A stretch of DNA of 56,658 nt, counting the filler, from Asterionella formosa (Eukaryota): NCBI GenBank assembly GCA_002256025.1. It is 4 parts of 4 records of this genome, joined end to end, with 100 filler letters (N's around TTAATTAATTAA, not from the genome) between each part and the next. Parts side by side here need not be neighbours in the genome. Positions count along the whole stretch, not along the records: positions 28,441 to 42,508 come from NKIB01006222.1; positions 42,609 to 56,658 come from NKIB01006227.1; 2 more parts are not named here. The stretch is one strand, 5' to 3'. The position numbers and the translations under genes were made by a program. The notes beneath the pieces are model-generated. The model ran no database searches. It was given only the letters and a program-made list of their open reading frames with translations, and was not told where the DNA came from. The first letter of the stretch is position 1; every line of letters begins with the position of its first letter. This document shows, one piece after another, positions 35,036 to 47,079 of this stretch.

Positions 35036-38000
35036 GGGATGCTGGCAAAGTTATATTCCGAGGATACCAAGAGGGAACCGAGGAGAATATACGATAGTTA
35101 GATGCGACGATAATGAGCCACGTATTGCTGAAGGTAAGACACGACCGAGGGTGGAGACTGCCTGCGAGTATTCTTGTGTTCGACGCTTGGGAGGCGCGAG
35201 TACCCGGTATGTAGGTTGACCGGACAAGTGGCGCTGCCGGCGCTGCGAGAAGATCTACCTGCGAGGGCTCCGAAGTCGAGCACCTGGTACAAAGATTACG
35301 AATAGGCAGGCTCCTCCCGAGTAGGGTCTTAACTAAACAATTCACAACAACATTGCCCTGTCAGTTAACATTGAAAACCTATTTGAGTTAGTATGTATGC
35401 TGCATGCGAACTAGCCAATTGCCATTCAAATAATACATACATTGCTTATTTCATATGTAGAGTTTTTTTATTACTCAATCCTGCAATTGCCCTTCATTTA
35501 AAAACAGATTTTGAATATTTTATATGCTCCTTTTTTGACTGCCAAACTACCTTTAATATTTTCAATAGTCTCTAAATTATTTTGCCAAAATCGACTGCCA
35601 TTTATTACTGACATCTATTCCCCCTATGGACTGCCGTTTACTTCAGGTTGTGGCCCTGGCTCCACCCTAGTTTGGAGAAAATGTCGCTAGGGTTGTAAAA
35701 ACGGCATGGAACAGGGAGTTTCCTACTATGAATTCCCATGATTCAAGTGTCCAGTTGAATCTTTGAATTAAATAGGAATCATCGCCAGATTGATAGAGTT
35801 CCATTTTAAACAAACAGATATTTAAACGTTTATACTACATCAACGTTGCTGAATGTAGACATGATTTTGCTCAACACCAAAACACATATAAATCTACAGG
35901 GTTTCATGAAGATTTAAGTAGATAGCTGTGTACCCTATAATATNNNNNNNNNNNNNNNNNNNNNNNNNNNNNNNNNNNNNNNNNNNNNNNNNNNNNNNNN
36001 NNNNNNNNNNNNNNNNNNNNNNNNNNNNNNNNNNNNNNNNNNNNNNNNNNNNNNNNNNNNNNNNNNNNNNNNNNNNNNNNNNNNNNNNNNNNNNNNNNNN
36101 NNNNNNNNNNNNNNNNNNNNNNNNNNNNNNNNNNNNNNNNNNNNNNNNNNNNNNNNNNNNNNNNNNNNNNNNNNNNNNNNNNNNNNNNNNNNNNNNNNNN
36201 NNNNNNNNNNNNNNNNNNNNNNNNNNNNNNNNNNNNNNNNNNNNNNNNNNNNNNNNNNNNNNNNNNNNNNNNNNNNNNNNNNNNNNNNNNNNNNNNNNNN
36301 NNNNNNNNNNNNNNNNNNNNNNNNNNNNNNNNNNNNNNNNNNNNNNNNNNNNNNNNNNNNNNNNNNNNNNNNNNNNNNNNNNNNNNNNNNNNNNNNNNNN
36401 NNNNNNNNNNNNNNNNNNNNNNNNNNNTAAGGAAAATGGACTGCCGAAATTGGAAGGGAGTAGGATAAGCTACGTGAAGGCACGAAATGATGGTTTTCTG
36501 TCAAGTGTTGACAGCAATTCCACTAGTACTTACATCCCTGCTATGTTCCAGCATGCTTCGATGTAAACTACTAACTCTGTTCATTGATGTTTCAACTAAT
36601 GACTCTTCATCAAATGGATCTGGCTGGTTGATGGATAATTCGACTTGTCATGGGATTCATATCATCACATTGTGCTTGCTTCATCACAGTGGCCCCAAAA
36701 TTTCAATTCTCCTTTCTGTTGATTTCCGATAGTCTTTCCGGTCAACTCCTTCTCTAGATTTGATATGTAGTGAAAAATAAATTAATGATTGTTCAAAAGC
36801 GACCTCAATCAGTCGTTGGGTATCAAAACTCGAAACGTTATGGTAGGTCAAACAAGTTAGGGTTCCATCTTATCATTGAACCGGTATTTTCGTCAGATAT
36901 GATCAGCTGTTAAATTTCAACTATATTTTTGTAGTACGTTTTCTACGTGTCCTACATTATCTCAAATCAGATCTCGGCAGCAAGTTTTAGTGCCATGTGT
37001 TGGCTTTTTTCTGCTCCTCTACAATAGTATTGTTTCATTGCTTTCTAATCACAATATTACTTTTGTTACTTCTTTAGAATCTTCTACAATGACAACGAAA
37101 AGTCGTCAATCTCAATGAGCTATCGCAAGCTCCGCAAAACAGCCGGAACATATGGAATCGGTGTTCTGCATTTACTCGTATTCAACAAGGAAGAGAGGAC
37201 AGGTATGTTCTTGTTGATTGTTGTTGTCACATTTGAGTCATCGGCCGGTTTCTGCTCCTCCAGGCCCGATCTGAACATTTCTGAAATTTCGTTGCAACGA
37301 CAAAAAAGTTTGAGTTGACAATTGTTATGTAACAGCAACTATTATACCATACTACCAGGTAGTGGTGTAAACGTGAACATATCCAATTTTTGCAATTTCA
37401 TGTTGACAGCAACCTTTGGGCGATAATACGACCTATGATTAAAAATGTACACAATGCAACAATACAAGTACGTAAGTATTTACTTGCTATAATATAAATC
37501 TGAACAACTCATTCATGACAATAAATAGCATATCTTGCAGGCTAAGTTCAAACCGTGCATTTACTCCATTTTGCAGTGGCTTAAAGTTCAAAAGTCACCA
37601 TAGCGGGCTGACAGTTTTTTCCTGGTATCTGTCAACAACTCTTTGCTCTGCCTATTATTGCTTTCCTGTTTACGTCAATCATTATAGTCACCATATAATC
37701 TACACAACAATTACTTTTCTACATACTTCTATACTATATTGAGGAAAATTATATTGCTGGGTAATGCCAAACAAAAACTGCTGTAGACCACTATATCACC
37801 CTGTTTTTAAAATTAAATTACAAAAATGTTCAGCCAACCAGCTAATGCACGCAAGTACTAGATAAATGAATCATTTTAACAATGTGAAGTATATATCTTA
37901 GTATGATATCGAACTTTTTGAGTCATTCATTTTCTATTTTAGTGGTCGTCAGCCATTCATATATTTTTCATCATGGTGTATATATATATTATTCAATAGC

Positions 38001-38089
38001 TAATAGTTCGAAAATATTACCTCGTTTTCCATATTTTCTCCAATTTTTTGTGTCAAGTGACGTCAAGAATTTATTGTGTAAACACATAA

Positions 38090-39110
38090 ACTACTCCTCG
38101 GCCTCCATCACCATGACTTCATCGTCCCCTTCAGTTGAGGCTGCTGCCAGTGGTCTAGCTCTGGAAACTGGGACTGGCGGTGCATCGCCTTGTCCCATTA
38201 GATCAACATGCATACCTGGTAAGCAGTATTTGTTTTTTGCAGGTTATGGTGCATTGCCAATTCATTTGTACCACGACACAATTGTTTTTGTTTGAGCCAC
38301 CATCCATTCATGTGGCTGTTTGTTGAGCGCTCTGATCACTTGCACCTTGTTTAATCTTAGCTATTGTATAATGCATAACTTTCTTATTCGCTTTCTCACT
38401 CTCTTTCTCCTCTGCACTTCTTTTCATCCTAGTCATATCATGATCCAGTGCTTCCGTTCCCATTTTAATGCGCCCAGCCGCCACATGAATTGCTGCCATA
38501 AAACTTTTATTTTGCGAGATCGCCAATAGCGCTGACTCCTTCCGTTGGCGAGCCATCCTGGAAGAATTGTGTGGTCTCAATGGCAGAACTATTCTCGTTT
38601 GTACTAGTCCCCCCCCCCAACCTTCTCACAGGTAAGTTGTGTGTATGTTGAGACTCATGCTGTTCATGTCTATCTGCTAGATAAATGTTTCTCACACTGC
38701 TGTTTTCATATGATGAGTTCTCTCAATGTAAATGGTGTCAAAGTGGATGCAGTAGTGAAGGCTCTGGTTGCAAAGGTAAGAAAGTGTACTAGCTGCTAGT
38801 TTCAATTCGTTCTGATCGGGAACAATCCACTAGCGCTGTAGAATTTCAACCCCCTACTCCTAGATCCTTCTTGTTGTCGCTATTCAATTTCTTCAAATGG
38901 TACTTCACCATTTCTTTTGTCAGCCATGTTATTGTGCCAACTTTGTCTGCTACTAATACAGTGATAGCACCATATGGTAAAGCTCCTCCATTGCTTGCTA
39001 GCATTTGTAGCTTCTAGTTCTCTGACAATGTTGTTTAGAACAAGCTTTACTAAATCCTTATCTAGAGACTTACAAATAACTCTGTACTGCTTTGCTCGAG
39101 GTTTGGTGCT
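38090..39110 (-). pseudogene. Internally deleted, decayed pogo/CENP-B-like transposase ORF (tentative)
   Basis: N-terminal GGALPYGAITVLV...WLTKEMVKYHLKKLN and C-terminal AAGRIKMG...W...TKTIVSWYK segments recalled from diatom DDE_1-type ORFs; no DDE core seen. Confidence 0.4.
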
Positions 39111-40694
39111 TCTTCAGTTCATTATACTAAGTGGTATTAAGACCCGAAAATATGGAAATATGGTGTATTGCTNNNNNNNNNNNNNNNNNNNNNNNNNNNN
39201 NNNNNNNNNNNNNNNNNNNNNNNNNNNNNNNNNNNNNNNNNNNNNNNNNNNNNNNNNNNNNNNNNNNNNNNNNNNNNNNNNNNNNNNNNNNNNNNNNNNN
39301 NNNNNNNNNNNNNNNNNNNNNNNNNNNNNNNNNNNNNNNNNNNNNNNNNNNNNNNNNNNNNNNNNNNNNNNNNNNNNNNNNNNNNNNNNNNNNNNNNNNN
39401 NNNNNNNNNNNNNNNNNNNNNNNNNNNNNNNNNNNNNNNNNNNNNNNNNNNNNNNNNNNNNNNNNNNNNNNNNNNNNNNNNNNNNNNNNNNNNNNNNNNN
39501 NNNNNNNNNNNNNNNNNNNNNNNNNNNNNNNNNNNNNNNNNNNNNNNNNNNNNNNNNNNNNNNNNNNNNNNNNNNNNNNNNNNNNNNNNNNNNNNNNNNN
39601 NNNNNNNNNNNNNNNNTAGGGTAACAAAGACATCCTATATGAACATGCATGAAAAAAATTACTTGTTCATAGTAAATATTGTCGTATCGCTGAAATTGAA
39701 AGAGTTTGTAGTACAAAATGTAAGATTTACCCATTATAGTGCGTGGTCTAAGTAGCTCATACCGGTAGTGGGGGTCTTAAGATTGTGGCCACGCAGTTAC
39801 ATATTGCAAAGTCTGTATTTTGAAAAAAATGTTGAGATGATGTACAGTACCTCAATCTAGCTAAATAAATAGATAATTGTAAATTAGCTTTCACCAAGCA
39901 ATACCACCACTTTGCATATGCTTAGATACAGTCATTGCTCGACTAGGGGTAAGTGCGTTCTACATTCAGATATCGTAAGGACCTCATTTCTGGAGAAAAA
40001 CTAAAGTTATGAATTGAAGATTCGTAGCTAGTAACTATCCCAAAAATAAACAAATAAACTACGATACATAAACTACGGTTTCTATCCAGAAGTTGACTCC
40101 TGAAGTTGTTATAGGGTACACGGCTACCTATTTTAATCTTCATGAAACCCTGCAGAGGATGTAGAGCAATCCTCCTCCCAAATTTCGACCCAATCGGCTT
40201 ATTCAACAGTCGCCAAAATATTGGAATCGGAATTTGTACATGCGAAAACATTCCGTAGACATAGAAGCAGTCTTGCGTAGGTATGTTTGCCTGGAAGGTC
40301 CGGTAATCAGCGCACATAGCGTGCAGGATGCTCGTTTTCTGTTCATCGATTCACATCTACATACGAGAAAAGGCAGGGGCACACCCCCAAAAATTGTCGA
40401 ACCCCTAAATTTTGCGCCACTCCGTTATTCTTTAAATAGTTGTTTACATAGACGTTAAGCCATTAGTCGTTTTATTGTCAAAATGAATTTGAAGTCAGCA
40501 GTCAGTGATTTCATGTCAGCAGTCAGCGATTTTTTCAAATTTTCAGCGAATCAAGTCTGCAGTCAGTAGTTAGCAAGTTGAAGTCAGCATTTTTACAATA
40601 GTTCATGGTGGTAGCAATATGAAGAAGTAGAAAGCAATGATTTTTTTCAGGAATCAATGTCTATTTCACAGTATTTTATTATGTATGGGGTACC

Positions 40695-41060
40695 ACATCT
40701 AAGCCGCGTATTACGTGAAGTGACCATAACATAAATAAGCCTAGTTGATTTTGAATGCATCACATGAATTAGTTGAATACATCAAAATACGTAGTTGAAT
40801 ATATCTATATATTATCTGAATACATCACGTTAAATATTTGATCAAAGTATCATGCATGCATTCCTGATCATCACTATATTATGTGATCACCTTCACATAA
40901 TTATTTGAAATACTTCACATAATTATTTGAAATACTTCACATAATTATTTGAAAATAATTCACATAATTATTTGAAATACTTCACGTAATTCTGTAATTT
41001 CGTTCACAAAATTCTAGAATAAAGTTCACTTAATATGTAACATTTGTTTACGTAATTTTC
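40695..41060. repeat. Second copy of the 2154-2700 repeat, with a ~22-bp (TTCACATAATTATTTGAAATAC)n array
   Basis: acatctaagccgcgtattacgtgaag...catgcatgcattcctgatcatcac is shared with 2154-2530. Confidence 0.85.
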
Positions 41061-42375
41061 TGGAGTTCATTCAACTAAATTAAAGAGTTTCATTAATGAA
41101 ATAAAGCCTGCGCGAGGTACCAGGTACCAGGTACCTCGCGCGCTTTTAGTATCCCAACAAAGAAAAGGTGCGTTTCCATCACTATTCAAATTTGAAAATT
41201 AAACACGATCGATTCGTACACCCGTACCAGTAGTTGGTCTCTTCCTATGTACAAAGTAGGTTGCTTGACGTCAGCAACTTGAAGTTAGCAGTCAGTGACT
41301 GCATTCAGTAGTCAGCAAATGAAGTCAGCAGTCACCGAATATTTCAAATTTTCACAAATCAAGACAGCAGTTAGCAACAAGAAGTCCGCAATCAGCAAGT
41401 TGAAGTTGGTAGTCAGCAATTCTGCTGTGAAAGGTGGCAGCGCTTTTCCGATCGAAACTTATAATGGTTACAGGTAATCTAAATAAATTGAAATATTTTG
41501 AGATTTTTCATCATTTCGGAATTGGTGAGCCGGTCAGACTTCCTATGAAGGAGGTCGAATTCGCTAAGTGGAATTATTAGTATATAGTGCGCGCAATTCG
41601 CTGATTACCGGACCTTCCTGTAAAATTCTCTGTCCTAAAAGACTCCATGGTAAGTTCCCGCTTCCTTAGTACATATATGATAATTGGTTGAATTGAATTG
41701 ATTCACCTGCTCCAGATTGGCTGGAGTATCCCAGCAGTCTCCTTAAATCATGCCTGCCATACTATGTGAATCACATGCATTGTATGTATACCAGTAAGTA
41801 AAATTAGTTTTAGAGTCATCCTGCCTGTCTCCCATTATCATGAATGAACCAAAATTATATAAGCACTACATCTGTGATATATACATGCCTTGGGAGAAGA
41901 GTACTATCAAATCTACATACATCAATATAAATATATAAAAATTACTTCATTTCATGTGTTTGAACAAGAGTACACTCCTGATTTACGTATTTGTTTTGGC
42001 ATTGAGTAATATTATATCTACATACACCAACAAAGATATAAAATAAATGTGTAAAAATCATTTTTGATAGCTTGAAATGGCATTCTATTAATCTGGCACC
42101 AATTCCTACTCAATTTAAATTTTCAAACTGACACTCGAATCCCTGGGAATTTATAGAGAAAAACTCCTTGTTCCACACCAATTTTACAACCCTAGCAATG
42201 TTTTACTCCAGACTAGGGTTAAGCTGGGGCCACGATCCTAAGCAGTTTTTGACTGGTACCAGTACCTGCACTCTACTTGGTAACAGGGGCATGGCAGGAG
42301 TTGTGTCCAGTGAAAATATACTACCTGCAAGGTGCAGTAATTGTGCTGAAACTAAAAATATAGCTATCGTTATCC

Positions 42376-42508
42376 GGGGAATACTGGCTTAGTTGGTCAG
42401 CTTACCTTCCCAGGTGGCGGGTTCGATTTCCGCGTTCTCTACCTGCTTTGTTTATGTAGTCTCTTGGGTTCTGAGGGTTGAGGCAGACAACAAGCAGGTC
42501 TAAGGCCC
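42376..42508 (+). mobile_element. tRNA-derived SINE-like head or tRNA pseudogene
   Basis: A-box TGGCTTAGTTGG (42385-42396); T-arm gcggg-TTCGATT-tccgc (42417-42433); acceptor pairing ggggaat/gttctct; shortened anticodon region. Confidence 0.55.
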
Positions 42509-42608
42509 NNNNNNNNNNNNNNNNNNNNNNNNNNNNNNNNNNNNNNNNNNNNTTAATTAATTAANNNNNNNNNNNNNNNNNNNNNNNNNNNNNNNNNNNN
42601 NNNNNNNN
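42509..42608. other. Artificial contig-join spacer
   Basis: 44 N + TTAATTAATTAA + 44 N. Confidence 0.95.
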
Positions 42609-43425
42609 GTCACTCAAGACTGCAATGTTATATGTTGAGGATGCAGATGCCCAGCTAGCAATTGCCCACATACACAACAATCATTTAAACAAAGTGCGTA
42701 CATTCAAGTCTATATTTGTCAAGGTGACTACAGCTACACTAGTATTAAACCTACCATCGGTGGTTTTTCAGTGCGAAATTTCGGAGCTTTCTACAAGGTA
42801 TGTACATGATCGATTGAATGTCCCAAGGTCACACCCAAGCTCCTTCAGTCCTGCGCACATCTGTACCCTTGCTATGAGCTACGTACGGCCGCAGAATGCC
42901 AATGAACAGCTCGAGTTATTTTTGAACGAGCTAGCTACCCCTCGTGCAGAAAAATTACGCAGCCTGATCAACATTGTGGTACATGCTCGAGTTATGAAGA
43001 ATGAAGAAAATCGGATGTATTCTAATGCTATTGCTGCTACTACAAGTTATCAAGATTCAACAAAGGAAAATGGTTCTACTAACACAGTTTATGCAATTGG
43101 AATAACGGATGCTGCTACCATCCCCACAGCACCAAAGAAAAACCGGAAAAGTGGGTCCATAGAATTTGACGAGATTTTTGAGGTTGCAAAAACGAAAAAT
43201 TCTCATGAGAAGCTTGAGTTGATCTTGAATCTTGCAAGAAAAATGGAGCGTCTCCTCCACTCAGATGTCACTGAAAGGATGCGACTCTTTGATGTAAAAT
43301 TCATCAAGCCGATCATCGCATGCTTCCTGAATCATTGCGACAGCAACAAAGACACTTTCCACAGTCTCCATCCCCAGTTCCTCCACTCAAAATTCTCCAA
43401 AGGTTGCGGATGTAGCAAAGGTTGA
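42609..43425 (+). CDS. 3' part of an unknown protein (5' end lost at the contig edge), possibly transposon-encoded
   Basis: 266+ codon open frame; C-terminal C..NHC...F...H...CGC cluster; no family recognised. Confidence 0.5.
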
Positions 43426-45583
43426 TTGTAGAGTAAATTGGTTAGTAAAACAAAAGAAATTGCATGTTAGCGATAGCAAGAACCAGTGACCGCTTTCAAT
43501 CATCACATTTGGTGAGTTTGCTGTTTATTTGCATTTCTGTGTGGTGATGTGCAAGATGCAACGTTGGAGATGAATATTGAAAAGGTGCACATGCGCAACA
43601 ATAATATTTCAAAATGACTTCGTGACGTCATGTCGCCGCTGCACCACATTGCACCAGCATAGACCTACTGGTACCAGTACCAGATCAGGCAAATGTGGAC
43701 CGGTGGTCAAGTTTAAATGTACAATTAATGGTAATAAATACCAGTCGGGAAGTTTGCGAATGCAACAGCATTTTTCTTAGATCGAAATCATGATGTGCAT
43801 TTACAAGGATACCAGATAGACCTACCGGTATATGTACTGGTATAGTATGATAATAAAAGAGGTTTACCGGCCATCATAACGATTCGTCCTTGTATATGTG
43901 ATGTATGAAATTCCTGCACTTACATTACTCACCAGCTTCGGTCTAGTTGCATTTTGAATCTTGCTGATTAGTTGAACGTGCAATAACCGGTGTAAGTACT
44001 TACCGGTAGTTAGTTGGAGTCGTATGTAATCCCTATAAGTACCGGTATTGACTACCTAGTAGACTACCGGTATCCTCCTACGATAGTACCAGGTAAAGTA
44101 ATACTTTGCCTCCCTATATATATTACCTGGTAATTGTAATCCTATTATATGCCAAGATACATCTAAGCGTCCTAGCTGGGGGGTACCGGTACCAGGGTGG
44201 TACATGCAAAAAATTCAACGCCCAGTGCAACCATTTATGTCCGTAGTGAAAGCTAGTGTACTAGCAGTCAACTAGCACTGTGTACAAAGGTAGACTACAA
44301 GCTACCCTGGTACCTGGTAGTACGCTACTATATATAAATCTTACGTACATGGACAAATAAGATTGATTTATGATGGTGCAGTGGTTGAATTTCCCAAGAG
44401 GTTACAACAATATACGACTAATCTGAGTTGAAAATTCAACCAAAAGAAGAGGAAAAATTCAACCGCCAATGCAACCGGGTTGAAATTCTTGGAGGTCAGT
44501 ACCTAATTTTACCACGGTAAAATGTTGTCAATACTGTCAAGGTACCATCATGTCCCGAGTAGGAAAATACCAGGGGTCTACAGAAAAATACAACTTGGGT
44601 TGAATTTTACCAGTAACAGTACGGTATACTATCTGGGCAATAAATGTGCTTCGTATTTTTTACATTCAACTATTCAGCTTAGTTTAGTGGTCCAACCTGT
44701 TTCGGGTTTGGCAAAGAGAATCAAACGATACAACCCTATTTTAGGTAAGCTTATATCAGCTACTACCAGGTACCATGAGGCAGGTAGACTACTACTTTTA
44801 TCATGTAGGCAACTTTGCAGTGTAGATGCATCAATTTTCAAGTCAAGATTCGCAAGCAAGACCCCCCCCCCCACCCACCCAACAGTCATTTGAAAAACTC
44901 TTCGATAAAACAGCTTTCGTTACTGCAGACCAGCAAACCAGAGTTGAATGAGAATGCACCAACCATAAGTTGTCCTACTATCAGGAGTAAAACGATAGGC
45001 AAGTGGAAAACTTCATTCCATCATTTTGGTAGCAAATTAGTACTACTTCTAAAAAAGCGATTGAAAAACGACGTCCAACTGGTTCTATGTTGGGAGTTGT
45101 GAATCAAAAACTGAAACTGATTACAATACACCGGAATTTTGTAACAAGCGCAATTGAACGAGGAGTAGTATCTTGCGGCACTAGCAATAAAATAATAAGT
45201 AAGTACTGCTAGCCGTCTTCTTCCGTATCAATTTGTTTTGTCTTGGCTGAGAGTCGCAAAGGCGACAAGTAAAAACTAATGTGCTACATAAAAATGGCAA
45301 ACATCCTTAAGCATTCTCATCGAGCTAGACCAGACGAAAGTACCTGAAAATGATTTTCACTGTAAATGCCTTGTGCTATTCACATGTAGTCAGACAAAAC
45401 TCCTCGAGTAGTTGCAGCTAAATTGTCACAGAATTGATAACATAGTAAAGTTTTAATCAATCCCCTCAAAGAATCGTTTATAGAAGCTTCGGAGAAATCG
45501 GTTCCAATGAAGGCTGACTTGATTGGATTGTGTGCTATGCGTTAAAAATTCCAAACATCTATCTATCTTACATCAAATACATG

Positions 45584-46309
45584 TTAATGTTTTGTTTTTG
45601 ATCTCTTGATGGCCATGGCGAGTGCTACATGCAAACCGAAGTCGCATCCCTTGGCAATACGAAATTTGATGACACGCTTATCTGCTGATTTGTCAAAACT
45701 TTCCATCCGACAAATTACAGTTTTTTCTTCTCCGATAATAGACTCGAACACGGGCCATTTTCCATTCATGCGCAAATGAATTGGCCCGAGGGAATTTCCT
45801 GGTCCATACCTTTTGACTATGCATTCCTTTCCGTACATCGAGATATGGCACCAAGGAAAAAGCTTGCGTCTGCCAACCTTCTGTGTGTGTCTTTGTCTTG
45901 GAAAGGCAACAGCGTCATATCGATAGATCTCCCATTCGATACTGTCTGTCAGCTTTTTCATTGTTGCTCTGACAACAGGTTTGCCATTTCGGGACAAATC
46001 AAATCCTTTCTGTGATCCAAAGCCCGAAACATATGCGACCTTGTACGCTGTTTCTCCAGCGGCAGTTGTGATCTGCCATGAATTTGCACCCACATTTTTT
46101 GTCATTTCATAATCACCCACTTGGGTGGTAGGGCCTGAACCATCGACTGTTTCAAATGGAGTGGCTAATCGTCCATTGGCGACTTCCCACGGATCCTGCT
46201 CCTCAGGTTCAACAAGCATATGAGAACAAACTTCCCACGTTTCCTTCTCAGGTTCAACAGGCACATCAGAACAAGTGTCCAACAACTTGGACGGAGCACA
46301 TGTACCCAT
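45584..46309 (-). CDS. Tubby-C/LURP-one (scramblase-like beta-barrel) protein with a predicted N-acylation motif
   Basis: Beta-strand-rich body ending in FRIAKGCDFGLHVALAMAI (terminal helix); N-terminus MGTCAPS. Confidence 0.6.
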   Translation of the reverse strand: MGTCAPSKLLDTCSDVPVEPEKETWEVCSHMLVEPEEQDPWEVANGRLATPFETVDGSGPTTQVGDYEMTKNVGANSWQITTAAGETAYKVAYVSGFGSQKGFDLSRNGKPVVRATMKKLTDSIEWEIYRYDAVAFPRQRHTQKVGRRKLFPWCHISMYGKECIVKRYGPGNSLGPIHLRMNGKWPVFESIIGEEKTVICRMESFDKSADKRVIKFRIAKGCDFGLHVALAMAIKRSKTKH

Positions 46310-47079
46310 GATGTATTATTTCTTGAAAAGTATTGTTCCGATCATAAAGTAAGTCACTTTCTAACTCAACGAATCACTTTTACTGCCTGTTCCTATATCA
46401 GGGTCGGCTCGCAACGGACGAACAAAACGTCAGGCTATATGCGTTGAACACAAGGACACGGATCAGAATAACGGCTGGAACGAATTATGGCGTCGCAAAA
46501 TCTTCATAACACTCGCTATGACCAGTAGTGATGAGCTGGGACAGGGTGGTTATGTCGACCAGCAATTAACATTTACTATCATAATAAGTTCAAGTTGACC
46601 GGTAGGCGGTCGTGAGTAAAATACATACCGTTTAAGTTGCTGATACAAAGCAACCTTACCTTGAAAGGTGCACTGCCTAGCCGTACTTGCCAACGCACAT
46701 ATGAATTGTGCAGCAAGGAGGCAGTAACTACCGGTACCGGTCGTAGGAAGATTTATTGTTTACAATGCAGAACTGGTATGTACCACTATTGTGGACTGGT
46801 GCGTGGCAGCCTCATTGGTCATTGTCACAGCCCCATGTCTACCTTTGTTCTCATAGCACTTACCTAAGACAAACGTACCGAGAACCTGCATTACCGGTAT
46901 ACCGGTATATGAAATGAACCGTAATCACAGTAGGTACCCTGGTACTAGGTACAAAGGAAACGAAAGTGCCGTGCGTTGGCAATTTTTTTAACGCTTTCAA
47001 ACGGTTTTCGTCCTCCTAGTAATCCAGGCCTACTGTGCATTGGATGTCGCAATTTTTTCAATATTGGGATAAGCATTGA

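Larger units (their letters stand above)
35645..42239. mobile_element. Pair of diverged ~260-bp inverted repeats (35645-~35900 and ~41975-42239), probably ends of a DNA transposon
   Basis: aggttgtggccctggctccaccctagtttggag... aligns with the reverse complement of ...ctccagactagggttaagctggggccacgatcct over about 260 bp. Confidence 0.55.

Noticed and set aside
35928..39755. Long ORFs made of X residues
   Set aside because: Artefacts of translating through N gaps
44380..44680. Recurrent GGTTGAA(A/T)TT motifs in both orientations
   Set aside because: No definable element ends or TSD
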